A stretch of 64,000 nt of DNA from a virus (IMGVR_UViG_3300005563_000029:69835-133834); one strand, 5' to 3'; shown: positions 49,926 to 60,982, numbered from the stretch's first letter. The notes: generated by a model from the letters alone, not told the origin. Made by a program: numbers and translations.

Positions 49926-51220
49926 GCTGCTTTCCCCCAACGGTCAGGCCGCATCTGACGAACCAGGTCGTCGATGAGCCGGTCGGCTTCGATTTGTTTG
50001 CGCGCCACGTTCATGGCGATGGCCGATTCCAGCCGGGACACGACGACGTGTACGTCCACGACGCGGTGTTGGCCGTAGCGGTGGCAGCGGCGGATTGCCT
50101 GGTAGTACGTCTCCCAGGAGTCGTCGAGGCCTACGAACGCCATGCGCGCGCAGTGCTGCCAGTTCATGCCGAATGAGGCGATTTTCGGCTTGGTGATCAG
50201 AACGCGGATGTCCCCGTCGGCGAACCCCAGGAACGCATCCGCCTTCTCTTCGGCGGTCAGGCTGCCGTGAACGTTGAACGCGCCCGGGATGAGGTTGGCC
50301 AGCGTGTCGGCCTCGCTGTTCAGGCCGCACCACAGGATCCACGGCTCATCGGGCTCGGCCTCGACTAGCTCGGCCGTTGCTTTGCACCGGTCGGCCAGGG
50401 TGTCCCGCCGGATTGCGGCCCGGCCGCCGACGCCGCCGAGGTCGGTGGCGAACAGCTGTCCGTCCGGAACTACATCGATCTCCAGCAGATGCGGCAGGAC
50501 GTTGAGGCCGGGGAGGACGTAGTCGCCGTCGTCGTAGCCCATGTCGGACGGCTGGCGGATTGCGACAGCCCAGGTGCTCAGCCACTCGAACATGGGCTTG
50601 CGGGCGTGCCCCTTCAGCCGCCAGCCGGTGTCGTCGTGTACGAAGTACGCGGCGAGCATGTTGGCGCGGGTGGAGTGGCCCAGGAACGCGGCCTGTCCGG
50701 TCAGTTCCTCCGGATCGTTCGGGGCAGGCGTGGCGGTGCATGCGAGTCGGGCCGGGACCGACGCGAAGTGGTCGGTGAGCATGGCGCGGGTCTTGCCGTC
50801 GGCGTTCTTCAGGATTGAGGCTTCGTCGAGGACGACGGCGCCGATCGCGTCCGGGTCGAACGCTGCCGCGCGCTCGTAGTTGGTGATCCAGATCCCCGGG
50901 CCGGTGATGTCCTTGCCGCTGCGGGCATAGGTGGCCGTCAGGCCGATACGGGAGGCCTCCCGCACGGTCTGGTGGCAAACGGCGAGCGGAGCCACGATCA
51001 GCGACGTGTCGGCGGACAGGCGTGCCCACTCCAGCTGCTGAAGCGTCTTACCGAGCCCGGTGTCCTCCCACAGGGCTGCGCGGCCGGTTTCGACAGCCCA
51101 CGCGACGATGCGGCGCTGCCACTCATGTAGGAACGGGTTTACCTCGGCCGGGTCGCATGGCCGTCCGTCGCGGGGCGCACGAGCCCGCTTGGCGGCGAGG
51201 AAGTCGGCGTAGGCGGTCAC
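49922..51220 (-). CDS. SNF2/DEAD-like helicase
   Basis: DTGLGKT, VLDEAS, TATPAPND, YQAIRRCHRYGQ. Confidence 0.92.
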   Translation of the reverse strand: MTAYADFLAAKRARAPRDGRPCDPAEVNPFLHEWQRRIVAWAVETGRAALWEDTGLGKTLQQLEWARLSADTSLIVAPLAVCHQTVREASRIGLTATYARSGKDITGPGIWITNYERAAAFDPDAIGAVVLDEASILKNADGKTRAMLTDHFASVPARLACTATPAPNDPEELTGQAAFLGHSTRANMLAAYFVHDDTGWRLKGHARKPMFEWLSTWAVAIRQPSDMGYDDGDYVLPGLNVLPHLLEIDVVPDGQLFATDLGGVGGRAAIRRDTLADRCKATAELVEAEPDEPWILWCGLNSEADTLANLIPGAFNVHGSLTAEEKADAFLGFADGDIRVLITKPKIASFGMNWQHCARMAFVGLDDSWETYYQAIRRCHRYGQHRVVDVHVVVSRLESAIAMNVARKQIEADRLIDDLVRQMRPDRWGKAA

Positions 51221-52394
51221 CGCACCCACCGCCACGTGATGCCGACGCACCTGTCACACGTTGCGCCCGAGGTCCAGTACCAGGACTTCACCAGCCGCAG
51301 CCGCTCCAGAACCGGCAGCAGACGCAGCTTGTCCAGGCGCCGGTACCACCCGCGGTGCTGGGCGTGCTCCCGCTCGGAGCGCACCTCCTCCTGGTGCGCG
51401 GCGATGCAGTAGTGGCAGAACGGCCCGTACCCGTCGTAGAACAGGTTCGTGGCGTACATGAACGTCGCCGGGTGCTCGTCGGGCTTGTCGCACTCGACCC
51501 GCCGCAGCCCCGAGAACTGCATCGGCGCGCAGGTCGGGCAGTGGGTGCCGTCGATCACCTCGAAGCAGATCGAGCAGAACCACTCGCAGGCGTCGAAGTC
51601 GAACCGCTCGCAGTATTCGTCGACCGCGCCGTCGGCGTTCGGGTCCCGGCGCCACGGCTCGCCGTTGTGCAGCACCACGCAGTGCTCGGAGATCGTGCCG
51701 GTGCCGCCGTCGGCCAGAGCCCTGTCGTGCCAGGCGTTGCGCTCGGCAGCCCACTTCAGGGCGGTGCGCATGGTGAACTCGTTGTTGTTCGGGTCGTCGT
51801 CGGCGAGCTCGGGGTTGGTGTGGCTGTGGATCTCGTCGATGCCGGTGACGTGCACGGCCCACGGGTAGCGGGCGGCACGCTGGTAGATCCGGTCGAGTTC
51901 GCCGTCGGTGTAGAAGGTGTCGATGTCGACAGGCGGGATGTACGGCATGGTCACTGCCTCCGGTCGAAAGAAGTCGTTTGGGGTCGCCGGGACCGGCGCC
52001 CAGGGAACCGCCGCGACCGGCGGTGAAGTTCGCGCTGAAGTTCACGGGTGGTCAGCGGCACCGTCGGCCCGAGGTGCGTGAAGCCCGGCATGATCTGGGT
52101 GTCGCCGTCGTGGACGTCGGCGGGGTCGTAGAGCTGCTCTATCCGTGCGGCGACCGCTTCCAGTTCCCGCCGCTCGCGGTGCGCGGCCACACGCCGGGCG
52201 ATCCGGCGCTCGGTGACGATGACGGCGCGGGCGGCCATAGGCAGCGTCAACAGCACTGTGATGACTAGGACGCTGAACGCTAGACACGCGCCCGGGTCGG
52301 CGCCGCACGCGAGGTAGAAGCCGCGCAGAGGGTACGCGAACAGACGCCAGACCTCAGCGATCATGCGGACAGCGAACGGGACGTGGCTGCTCAC
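51217..52394 (-). other. two hypothetical CDS: 51217-51954 (Cys-rich) and 51951-52394 (membrane)
   Basis: Overlapping stop/start codons. Confidence 0.6.
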
Positions 52395-53827
52395 GAGGCC
52401 TCTTCAAAACCGAGCACGGCCTGGATCGGTTTCGACAGCCGCTTAACGCACAGGTCGGCATACGGCTGGTGCTGTTCGATGCCGATGCCGTGGAAGCCCT
52501 CGACGACACAGGCCTCGAGCGTGGTGCCGCTTCCGATAAAGGGATCAAGGATGGTTCCGCCGGGAGGGCAGACGAGCCGGACTAGCCAGCGCATCAGGTC
52601 CAGCGGCTTAACCGTGCTGTGTGTGGTGCCGTCGTCGAGGCTCGGGCGTTCCGCTGCGCCGGCCTTGCCCTCGTATCGGAACGCCGGGAAGAAACGCGAA
52701 GCTCCGCCGCTGTCGCCGTGCGTTGCGGCGCCAGTTACTACAGGCATTGCCCCGCCGTAGCCAGAACGGTTACCTCGTACAGTTCCAGCGGCCATGGCAC
52801 CTGACGTGAGCGTTCCGGTCTGGATGTCGAGTCCGGCGACCGGACAGCCATCGGCGCACTGTTCGGTGCAGTCCGGCGCATGGCTGAACACAACGTTGGT
52901 GGGCCAGCGACCAAGGTTGCTTGCAGCTCCAGCCGCGGAGGCCGGAACGCGGCAGCCATCAACGTTGATTGCGCCCGTGCCGTGTTCCAGAACATTCGCG
53001 ACAGTGGTGTTGAAACCGGTGGACTTGCGGGCCACAACGATCGGCTCGTGTGCCGGACGAAGGGATGTGTTCCAGCCCTCCCACGTTGCCGCCTCCGGTA
53101 GGACTGCGGAACCAGCGCGGGCAGTACTCCCGTTCCAGCCGGATCCGTCCGTCCAAGTCGCCGCCAACCCGGGCGCCTTCAGGTCAGCAGTAGGCCGCCG
53201 ATCCCAGGCCTCGCCAACGTTCCCCTTGCGCGCATTTAGTTGCTCAACGAGCGGAAGGATCTCGGCGTCGTCGAAGCAGAGCAGTTCACGCAGGCGGTTC
53301 CATTGCGCGGGAGTTGGAACTGCAGCAGCCAAGCGCTGGGTGGTCCAGTGCGCCGCCTTGTCGCTGAAGCCGAAGGCCTCATTGAGTTGCCGGTTGGTCC
53401 AGCCCGCCGCATCGCGGGCTGCGGCCAGCCATGCAGTGACCTTGAGGATCTCGCTTCGGTCGTCTCGCCGTCGGTCAATACCTTTGGCGATGTTCTGCCC
53501 CTTGGGCATGCCGTTGCCGTAGATCCAGTGAATGGAGTCGCGGATCTCGAACCCGGCGTCCTCAACTGCGACGGCCAGGCGGTGGTAGGTGCGGGTGGCT
53601 CCAAACGCCAGCAGGTGGCCGCCGGGCTTGAGTACGCGCCAGCACTGGCGCCACATGGCGGTGTCGTAAGCGATGCCGGTAGCGTCCCAGCCACGACCCA
53701 TGAAGCCGATCTCGTAGGGTGCGTCGGTCACGACTGCGTCGACGGAGGCGTCGGCAAGTGTCGGCAGCACGTTGCGGCAGTCGCCGAGATACAGCTGAAC
53801 TGCGCCGTCGTCAAAGTAGGGCTTCAT
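52391..53827 (-). CDS. DNA N6/N4 methyltransferase (beta motif order) with an internal HTH-like insert
   Basis: VVTDAPY (DPPY variant), PAHEPIVVARK, HSTVKPLDLMRWL, ILDPFIGSGTT. Confidence 0.92.
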   Translation of the reverse strand: MKPYFDDGAVQLYLGDCRNVLPTLADASVDAVVTDAPYEIGFMGRGWDATGIAYDTAMWRQCWRVLKPGGHLLAFGATRTYHRLAVAVEDAGFEIRDSIHWIYGNGMPKGQNIAKGIDRRRDDRSEILKVTAWLAAARDAAGWTNRQLNEAFGFSDKAAHWTTQRLAAAVPTPAQWNRLRELLCFDDAEILPLVEQLNARKGNVGEAWDRRPTADLKAPGLAATWTDGSGWNGSTARAGSAVLPEAATWEGWNTSLRPAHEPIVVARKSTGFNTTVANVLEHGTGAINVDGCRVPASAAGAASNLGRWPTNVVFSHAPDCTEQCADGCPVAGLDIQTGTLTSGAMAAGTVRGNRSGYGGAMPVVTGAATHGDSGGASRFFPAFRYEGKAGAAERPSLDDGTTHSTVKPLDLMRWLVRLVCPPGGTILDPFIGSGTTLEACVVEGFHGIGIEQHQPYADLCVKRLSKPIQAVLGFEEAS

Positions 53828-54576
53828 GCCGCAGCCCGCTTCCGCTTGGCCTCGACACCGACCCACACCCGAACCGCCGAGCCGCCGGACTCGGGCTTCT
53901 CGCTGGTCGTGAACTTCTCCTGGCCGTAGTCGTCCAGGGCGTATTCGAAGTAGCCCTCGACGTGGAGCCGGTGCATGAACATGCCGGGCCAGTTCGAGTT
54001 GCGTGGGTTCCGCACGCGCAGCGGCGCGTCCTTGATTGCCTCCCAGGCGGTGAACTCGCCCGGTTCGGCGCCGCGGCCGATGTAGAACGGTTCGGCTTCC
54101 ACACACCACTCGGCGAAGGTGATGCTCTCGGGCGCGGGAGCGTCCTCGACGGTCTCGCCGCCGGGCTGGCCGTGGCGGTCTATCAGTGCGACATCGCCTC
54201 TGATGGGGCGGGAAGTTCGGGAATTTGGCATGGAAGTGGCCTTGGCTCGACGCGGACGTGCTTGGAGTTAGTGGCCGGCAGGCGCCCCGGAACGGGGGTC
54301 AGAGGAGGCGCCTGCCGGCCGTGGCCTGATCCGTCGGGGGTTCCGGATCGGGCCGTCTATGGGGCCGGATCTACTCCGGCGGGATATCGCGCAGCTGTTC
54401 GTCAGTGGGCTGCCACTGCTCCGGGACGAAGCCGCGTCTCAGGTGTGATGTTGGCAGCGGCGAGTCGGCGTCCGCGTCGTCGGGCTCGTCCCGTTTCAGC
54501 AGGCGGCCGATCTTCACGCCGAGAGCGAAGTCGAGGGCGAGGAAGACGACGGCCGCGATGGTCCAGATGAGGGGCG

Positions 54577-55377
54577 TCATGAGGACACCGCCTTCACCAA
54601 CACCGGCCAGTTGCCGTCGACCACAGCAGCCGGGTCCGACTTGCGGAAGTGCTCCTGCAAACCAGCCGCCTGCTCCTCAGCCCACACGATCTGCCGCGCG
54701 TGCAGATCGGCCAGACTCAGGCCGGCAAGGTCGTCGAAGCGCTGCGTCCGCAGCCGCCGCACCCAGTCCGGGCGCCGGTCGTGCGGGGCGTGCGCGATCT
54801 GACCGATCCTCCACGCCGCCCGCGCCGACGCCATCGCGTCGTACCGCGCGCCGTGCGCCGCCTTCTCATCCCATCCCAGGCCGAGCGTCTCGGCGGTGGT
54901 ACGCAGCGTGTGCGCACCCTGCGTCGGCGACACCCGTTTGCGGAACGGGTCCACGTGCTTGCTCAGAATCATGGTGTCGATCACCGGGTAGTAGCCGCCG
55001 CCGATCCGGTCAGCGACCGTGGCCACGCCCCAGCGGAGGCATTCCGCGTCCAGGACGGTCAGGTCGTACTGGCCGACCTTGTGGCCAACCACAGGCAGCT
55101 GGGACGTGAGCGCCTGCGCCACGGCGAACGCGATCGCCTCCACGCCGGTGCGGTGGTCCACACCCTCGGCACGGGCGCGAGCAGTTGTGTATCCGTGGAT
55201 CTTCGTCGCGCCCTCGGGGATCTCGAAGTCGCCGGGGGAGAGGACCCAGTCGGTCGGGGCGGTGTCCTCACCCCCGCCGACCAGACCGAGGAATGCGGTG
55301 ACGATGATCGCCTCGTGCGGGTCGGTGCCGGTGGTCTCGAAATCCAGCGCCGCCATGCGGCCGGTGTGCCACGTCAC
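54577..55377 (-). CDS. DnaQ-like DEDDh 3'-5' exonuclease
   Basis: LDFETTG, IHG, YDLTVL, VIDT, AHGARYDA. Confidence 0.92.
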   Translation of the reverse strand: MTWHTGRMAALDFETTGTDPHEAIIVTAFLGLVGGGEDTAPTDWVLSPGDFEIPEGATKIHGYTTARARAEGVDHRTGVEAIAFAVAQALTSQLPVVGHKVGQYDLTVLDAECLRWGVATVADRIGGGYYPVIDTMILSKHVDPFRKRVSPTQGAHTLRTTAETLGLGWDEKAAHGARYDAMASARAAWRIGQIAHAPHDRRPDWVRRLRTQRFDDLAGLSLADLHARQIVWAEEQAAGLQEHFRKSDPAAVVDGNWPVLVKAVSS

Positions 55378-56480
55378 TTCGCGCCGCCCTTCAGCCACGC
55401 CAGGAAGTCCCGCAGCGACTGGACCGAAGCCGTAGCCGGAAGCTCGCCGCCGTTGCGCCGGGCAAACGCCTTCTGAAGATCGTCGCCACCCCAGTCGTCC
55501 GGGGTGTTCTCCACGCACTGGAACCACACCTCGTCGGCCTCGCTGAAGTCCTCGCCCGCGATCTCCGCATCCACCGGCTCCGACTCGACCGGGGCGTTGC
55601 CCACCTCGGGCGGCGTCGGAGCCAGGTCAGATGAGCGCGCCGCCATCAGAGCTTCAAGCTCCGGGTTCAGATCGCCGGCGTTCTTCGCCATCCGCCACAG
55701 GGCGCGAACCGCATCCACATTCTCGGCCTGCTCAAGCAGTGCCGCGTAGTCCACCGGCTCCTTACCTGAAGTCAGCGCCGCGCGCTGCGGCTGCGCAACC
55801 GCCGCCGGCCCACCCATTGACACCTCGCCGGCCATCAGGGCCCGCGGCGTTGCTTCGATGTGGATGAACGGCTCCATCCACTCCTTGCGCGGCTGGTTCG
55901 GACGCTTCACCGACCGCTTCTCCAGCCCCAGCACTGCGGGCAGGTACACGTTCTGCTGCGCCGCCTGCGCCAGGAACAGTGCCAGCCGCGGCAGCTTTGA
56001 AGCCGCGTAGTAGCCGTGGGACTCCAGGCGCCACACCCCCAGGCCCGGTACGTCCGCCAAGACCACGTTCAGACGTGTCGTCGGCTTGCACGCCCGCCCC
56101 TTCGCCGCCGCCTCGGCCCGGTCGATCGGGTCCTTCGGGCACACGCACCGGGTGTCGGACAGAAAGTTCGTCTCGCTGTCGCAGCGGCGCTGGCAGCCGT
56201 CGGCGGTCCACAGCTCGTACCACTGCGTGATCGGGTCCGGCGGCAGCAGGATCGGCACCCGGTCGACGGTCGTGAACACCTCGAACTCGGACTTGCCCTT
56301 GTTGCTCCACGGCCGTGCCTCGCCGCCGTACAGCGTTGCCACCTCGTCAATTAGCGTCCGGTCTGCGGAGGTGAACCTGAACTTCTCCAACTTCACCGGC
56401 CGGTTGCCACCGTCCGCCCTATTGCCGAGACGGATTCGGCCAAGCTCACGATCCAGCTGCTGAAGATCCTTGATCGGCAT
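55374..56480 (-). CDS. Gp3-like (recombination directionality factor-like) recombination protein
   Basis: ELGRIRLG, PVKLEKFRFTS, CQRRCD, CKPTTRLNV, GVWRLESHGYYAA. Confidence 0.78.
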   Translation of the reverse strand: MPIKDLQQLDRELGRIRLGNRADGGNRPVKLEKFRFTSADRTLIDEVATLYGGEARPWSNKGKSEFEVFTTVDRVPILLPPDPITQWYELWTADGCQRRCDSETNFLSDTRCVCPKDPIDRAEAAAKGRACKPTTRLNVVLADVPGLGVWRLESHGYYAASKLPRLALFLAQAAQQNVYLPAVLGLEKRSVKRPNQPRKEWMEPFIHIEATPRALMAGEVSMGGPAAVAQPQRAALTSGKEPVDYAALLEQAENVDAVRALWRMAKNAGDLNPELEALMAARSSDLAPTPPEVGNAPVESEPVDAEIAGEDFSEADEVWFQCVENTPDDWGGDDLQKAFARRNGGELPATASVQSLRDFLAWLKGGAK

Positions 56481-56481
56481 C

Positions 56482-58335
56482 TCATTCCCCCCTTACGGGC
56501 AGGTTCAGGGCCGGGCCCACCACCTGCTTCGACAAGCCCCGCGTCCAGCCGCGATCGAGCCGGGTCAGGGCCAAGAACTGTTCGAACGTCGGCGTGCCGA
56601 TCTCCATCGGGATCAGCCGGTAGCCCTCCGGGCGCAGGTGCAGCACCACGCCGCGGTCCGCAACCGGCGGCATCTTCACGCGGCGGCCAGCGCGGGTCTG
56701 CGCGAACTCGGCGTGTGCGTAGGCGGACATCTGGAGTGCGGCCTCTGGGTAGACGCCTTTGACGTCCAGCTCGCCGCCCGTGTTATGGGTGGGGATCATT
56801 GCCTCGGTACAGAGGTATGTCCGATCCGGCGAGTCAACCGCGATGCACTTCGTCGGCACGGTGATGGTCGGCTCGATCGACTTGATGACGCGCCGAGACG
56901 ACCGCACGGTCGAGGGCACCGAAACAAGATCGGCCTTCCGCTGTAGGCGGAAGGGGTTGATACCGACCGGAGTGAAAACCACCGAGTAGTGCACTCCGGC
57001 CTTGAAGCCGGTGTGCTTGCCCTCGAACATGACGGCCCTCTGGCCCAGCGACAGAAGCAGCTCGCGAACCGAGTTGGCGAACGCTTTCGACACCGACACG
57101 AACTGGGCGCTATTGCGTACCCGGTTCCACGTGCCATCCGTATCCATGAGGCCCTGGAGCAGCGACAACCGTTGGTCGAAACTGCCCCTCAGGTAGGAGT
57201 CCGGAACGTGCCTGTTCCCAAGTACGCCCGTGGCTCTCAGGTCGGAAACCAGCCCTCGAACGGTCCTGACCTGACACTTGCCTTCCTGAACCTTCTGGGG
57301 TGGTCCAACCAGGTAGCCGGCGGCAGTGATGTGATCGAAGATTTCCGAGTCAGGGTTGGTGATCTCGCCGCTCGTGTGCTTGCCGTCGCCCAGCCACACG
57401 CCCAACACATATGAATCTATCGGCAAGGACCTAGCCGGCAGATCAAGCGCGCGAACGACCGGAACCCGGTGTTGGCGCTGACCGTGGAGCCACAACGAAG
57501 AGCGGAGTTGGACCGTCGTGGCAACCTGGCGCCGAACCTTGCCAGCCCCGCTGTCAGTCAGCCACAGGTGTTCGTCGTCGCACACGACGGAGCTTCCGTC
57601 GTCGAAGGTGACGCGGTAGCAATCCCGCTGATGCACATCCGAGACCTCAGTGACAACGCATGGCGCACCCAGCGAGGACAGAAGGACATCGCCAACCTGA
57701 ACGGCCGCCATGGTGGTCCAGCCGGTAGGGGTGGGGAGAAGCGTGTCGAGCGCCAGACCTTTGGTGTCCTCGGCGATGTCCAGGGCCGGGTTCACGCCCA
57801 GTACTTCGGCGATCAGGGCACTGCGCAGCAGCGTGTCGAGCGTGCCGCCGTAGCCGTAGGTGGTGTTCGCGACGATCATTTCGGAGGCGGTGAACTCCAC
57901 CCTCCACTCGCGCACGAAGTCTTCGAAGCGCCGCTGGTACGGAACGAACTCAGGGTTCTCCGCAACCTCCGGGGCCAGTGGCGTACCCAGGATCTGCGCC
58001 TCGATCAGCGAGTGGATCGCGGTTCCGATGGCGCCGCGCTCGTTCTTCTTCCGCTCGTGCGCCCGCTTCAGCCACTCGTAGGCGTCGATCCGCTCATCGA
58101 CATCCCGGGATGACTTCACCAGGTACGGCAGGTTGTCCATGGCGCACCGGGCAACCGTGTTGCCGGCCCAATGCTCCAGATGCTTCGCGACGTTGCGGTC
58201 CAGGATCGTCGTCACCGACGTGTACTTCTCGCCGGTTCCGGTGTCCTTGTAGTAGCCCTTGGTGCGGACGCGCACCAACGGTGCCGCGCCGGGAATCAAC
58301 GTTGCGGTCACGTCCTCAGGAAGGGTGGCGGTCAC
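56482..58335 (-). CDS. PD-(D/E)xK / Cas4-like exonuclease interrupted by an intein
   Basis: SVTTIL, GTAIH, YGGTLD, DTK|TG, ALQMSAY. Confidence 0.88.
   Translation of the reverse strand: MTATLPEDVTATLIPGAAPLVRVRTKGYYKDTGTGEKYTSVTTILDRNVAKHLEHWAGNTVARCAMDNLPYLVKSSRDVDERIDAYEWLKRAHERKKNERGAIGTAIHSLIEAQILGTPLAPEVAENPEFVPYQRRFEDFVREWRVEFTASEMIVANTTYGYGGTLDTLLRSALIAEVLGVNPALDIAEDTKGLALDTLLPTPTGWTTMAAVQVGDVLLSSLGAPCVVTEVSDVHQRDCYRVTFDDGSSVVCDDEHLWLTDSGAGKVRRQVATTVQLRSSLWLHGQRQHRVPVVRALDLPARSLPIDSYVLGVWLGDGKHTSGEITNPDSEIFDHITAAGYLVGPPQKVQEGKCQVRTVRGLVSDLRATGVLGNRHVPDSYLRGSFDQRLSLLQGLMDTDGTWNRVRNSAQFVSVSKAFANSVRELLLSLGQRAVMFEGKHTGFKAGVHYSVVFTPVGINPFRLQRKADLVSVPSTVRSSRRVIKSIEPTITVPTKCIAVDSPDRTYLCTEAMIPTHNTGGELDVKGVYPEAALQMSAYAHAEFAQTRAGRRVKMPPVADRGVVLHLRPEGYRLIPMEIGTPTFEQFLALTRLDRGWTRGLSKQVVGPALNLPVRGE
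56782..57759 (-). mobile_element. class-3-type intein (326 aa) with a LAGLIDADG endonuclease
   Basis: Starts GLALDTLLPTPTGW; CDDEHLW; LGVWLGDG and LLQGLMDTDG; TKCIAVDS; ends PTHN with +1 Thr. Confidence 0.93.
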
Positions 58336-60430
58336 CAGGCACCGCCGATCGCCGCCAGCGGGCGGGCGGCCTGCCCCAAGCACTTCTTGACGTTCGTGCA
58401 CGCCTGCTCAACCTGCTGCCGGTCACGCGGGTCGAAACGCACACCTGCCGTCAGGGCGTTCGCCGCCCGGTCGTACCGGGCCGCCAGCATCAGATCCGGC
58501 ACGGCCGTGCGGTAGTCGCCGCACTGCACCGCACGGTTACCGGCCAGCTCGGCGGACCCGGCCAGACGCCGCAGCTCATCAACCACGGCGAACCGGGCAT
58601 CGGGATCGGACAGGACATCGGTTGAAGTCATGCCGCACGGCCCCCAGACCAGTCCAGATTGCCAACCGACTCTTCCCAACTGGAGAACCGCGGCGCCACC
58701 ACATGCCCCGATCGGCGACGCCGGCCCGCGTACTCGCGCATCGACGCCGCGCCCAACTGCGACTCCGCCGCAGCCTGCACCCACTCCGTGTCCTCGCCTG
58801 CCAGCGTCAGCAACTCCTGCCACGACGAGTTCGCCGCCTCGAACAGGAACTCCACACCCGGCGGCAGCGGATCCACACCCGCAGCCTGCGCACGCGTCAG
58901 ATCGGCGCGGACCTCATCAGCGGCGGCGTGCGCGTCCAGGAAACGCTGCATCGCCTGGGCCATGCGCGGGTCACGACTGCCCGAGCCGATCGTCGGACGG
59001 GTCTCGACGTAGGTAGCGACCGAGGTGCGGTCAGTCAGAATCGTCACGAGGCCACCGCCAGCCGCGCCGAGCCAGAGAAGTCGATCCGCAGCGCCCCGGC
59101 CCGGTAGCCGTCCATGGAGATCCGCTCCACCGACACCCCGACAGTGCCGAGATGCGCTGGCTGGTACGTCTGCACGCCCACGCCGAACCGGTCCGACAGT
59201 GCGCAGGCCACCGACAACAGCACGGCCACGTCCTCGACGTTCCGCGCCCGCAGCTTCAGCAGCGGACCGTTGTCCATCTGCTGCCACGACGCGTCGACGT
59301 TGTACGGTAGGATGTCCGAGTTGGCCTTGATCCAGGCAGAGCCCTCGTCGAGCATGCCGGTGATCCAGCGCGTGGTGACCGAGGTACCGAGACGCCAGGG
59401 CAGGTCGGTGCGGGCGTCATTGAGGGCGGCGGCAAAAGCCTCCGCGCGTTCCATGACGGTCGTCATGCCGCCTTCTCCTTCTCGTCGGCTGTGGCCTGCT
59501 GCGCTTCGCCCGTGGCCTTCCGCGAGTCGGCGGCGACGTGCGCCCAGATCCGGACCGGCATGCCGTCCATGTCGGTGACGGCAGCGATGGCCACGTAGGG
59601 CTTGGGCAGGAAGTCGGAGTGCTTCAGTAGGCTCTCCTCGAAGTGCCAGTTCGGCAGTTGTGAGAGCCAGATGATCCAGGCGATTGCGGCGTCGTCGTTC
59701 AGAGATGCCACCTCGCCGGCGATCTCGCACGGCAGAAGCGTCCAGGCCCTCAAGGTCACGCCGTCGGGGAGCAGGGCGTGAACCTTCGCGGCGACGTCCA
59801 GCGCGGTGGACAGCAGTGCGTGGCCAGCGACATGCGTGTTCAGCATGAACCGGTCGGTGAGAACGCTCATCGCGACACCTGCTGTCCGTCGCCCGCGAAC
59901 TCGCGGTAGTCAGCGGTGGACCACGTGATCGTCTTCGGGCTCTGGCCCGAACCGTGCACCACGCCGGTGCCGTCGGACCACGGCTGGGCGAACCTCTGGA
60001 TCTCCCGCAGCCGCGCCTGGTAGCGGTCCTCGTACAGCGCCATCGCCGGTTCGTTGCGGAACAGCGGCTTGCTGGTGTCGATCTCGTAGGCCGGCCGGGG
60101 GTGCGCACTGCCGGTGACGCGTCGTGCGGATTCCTGGACCTCCGGCGGGAACGCGGTACGTGCCGGGAGCTTCGGCAGCTCCACCGTGCGCTGCGGCATC
60201 GCGCCGGGCGGCAGCGACGGCAGCGAAGCGGGGACGTGGCCGCCTGCGGGGGTACGGCGGGGGCGGAAAACCACCCTCAAGCCGCGAGTATTGGCCTTGC
60301 GATGGGAACGGCGCTTACGCTGTAAGAAGCGCAATGCCTTCACCTTCTTCCTGAGTTCAGAGATCGAGCTTGTGAAGGTGCTGCGTGACTTGGGCGTCCG
60401 GCCGGTGGCCCCCGGCTTGGCGCCCTTCAC
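58332..60430 (-). other. several hypothetical early genes (e.g. 58332-58631, 58628-59047, 59044-59466, 59463-59870, 59867-60430)
   Basis: Head-to-tail ORFs; some starts uncertain. Confidence 0.55.
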
Positions 60431-60442
60431 GCACTGGTGGTG

Positions 60443-60982
60443 CTACGCCGCCGCAAGGTTCTGAGGCGGGTTGGACAGTCGGTTGATCTCGCCCATGAAG
60501 TCGCCAGCTACCGCCAAGGCGTTCCGGGTCATTTGGCGCCGGATGAATCGCATGTGGCTCTTGCTGAACCACACCGTTGAGCCCGCCCGGTTGTGCGGAA
60601 GAACTCCGGTGCTGACCAGATCGAACAGTTCGACAGGCGGGACACGGAGGTACTTCGCAGCCTCGCCGATACTCAGTCTGCGAAGGCTGATTGAGGTGCC
60701 CATTCCGGCGTCACGTGCACCAAATCGCAGTGGATCCGGACGGTGATCGTTGTACAGTGGCACCTCGAGCGCTATTGCCCAAGCCTCTTCCCGCAGTGCC
60801 GACATCCTGTCGCGGTACCACGTGACTTTGACGCGGTTAACGTCAGGCCACCACGGCTTCTGTGCTTTGTGGTCCAGCAAGCGACCGTCGGGGTCGCACG
60901 AGATACCGACGTACAGAAACGTCTCGCTGCGAAACAGGCGGTACAGCGCGGTGGGGCGATCAGCCAGCGCAACGGCGGTCAC
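60443..60982 (-). CDS. GIY-YIG-like domain fused to an excisionase-type HTH
   Basis: TALYRLF...LYVGIS...R...H...KPWW...E..AI..E.PLYN; LSIGEAAKYLRV. Confidence 0.8.
   Translation of the reverse strand: MTAVALADRPTALYRLFRSETFLYVGISCDPDGRLLDHKAQKPWWPDVNRVKVTWYRDRMSALREEAWAIALEVPLYNDHRPDPLRFGARDAGMGTSISLRRLSIGEAAKYLRVPPVELFDLVSTGVLPHNRAGSTVWFSKSHMRFIRRQMTRNALAVAGDFMGEINRLSNPPQNLAAA

Noticed and set aside
44666-53827. Complete restriction-modification, BREX or DISARM system
   Set aside because: No recognisable restriction endonuclease, PglZ or DrmA/B. The genes are interspersed with ordinary phage early genes.
54190-54370. Intergenic hairpins (GGCCGGCAGGCGCC...GGCGCCTGCCGGCC) as a structured RNA
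   Set aside because: The inverted repeat is real, but a terminator or processing stem explains it and no other RNA signature is visible.
56482-58335. Cas4-like nuclease as a sign of CRISPR-Cas
   Set aside because: No repeat-spacer array or other cas genes seen; solo PD-(D/E)xK nucleases are common in phage recombination modules.
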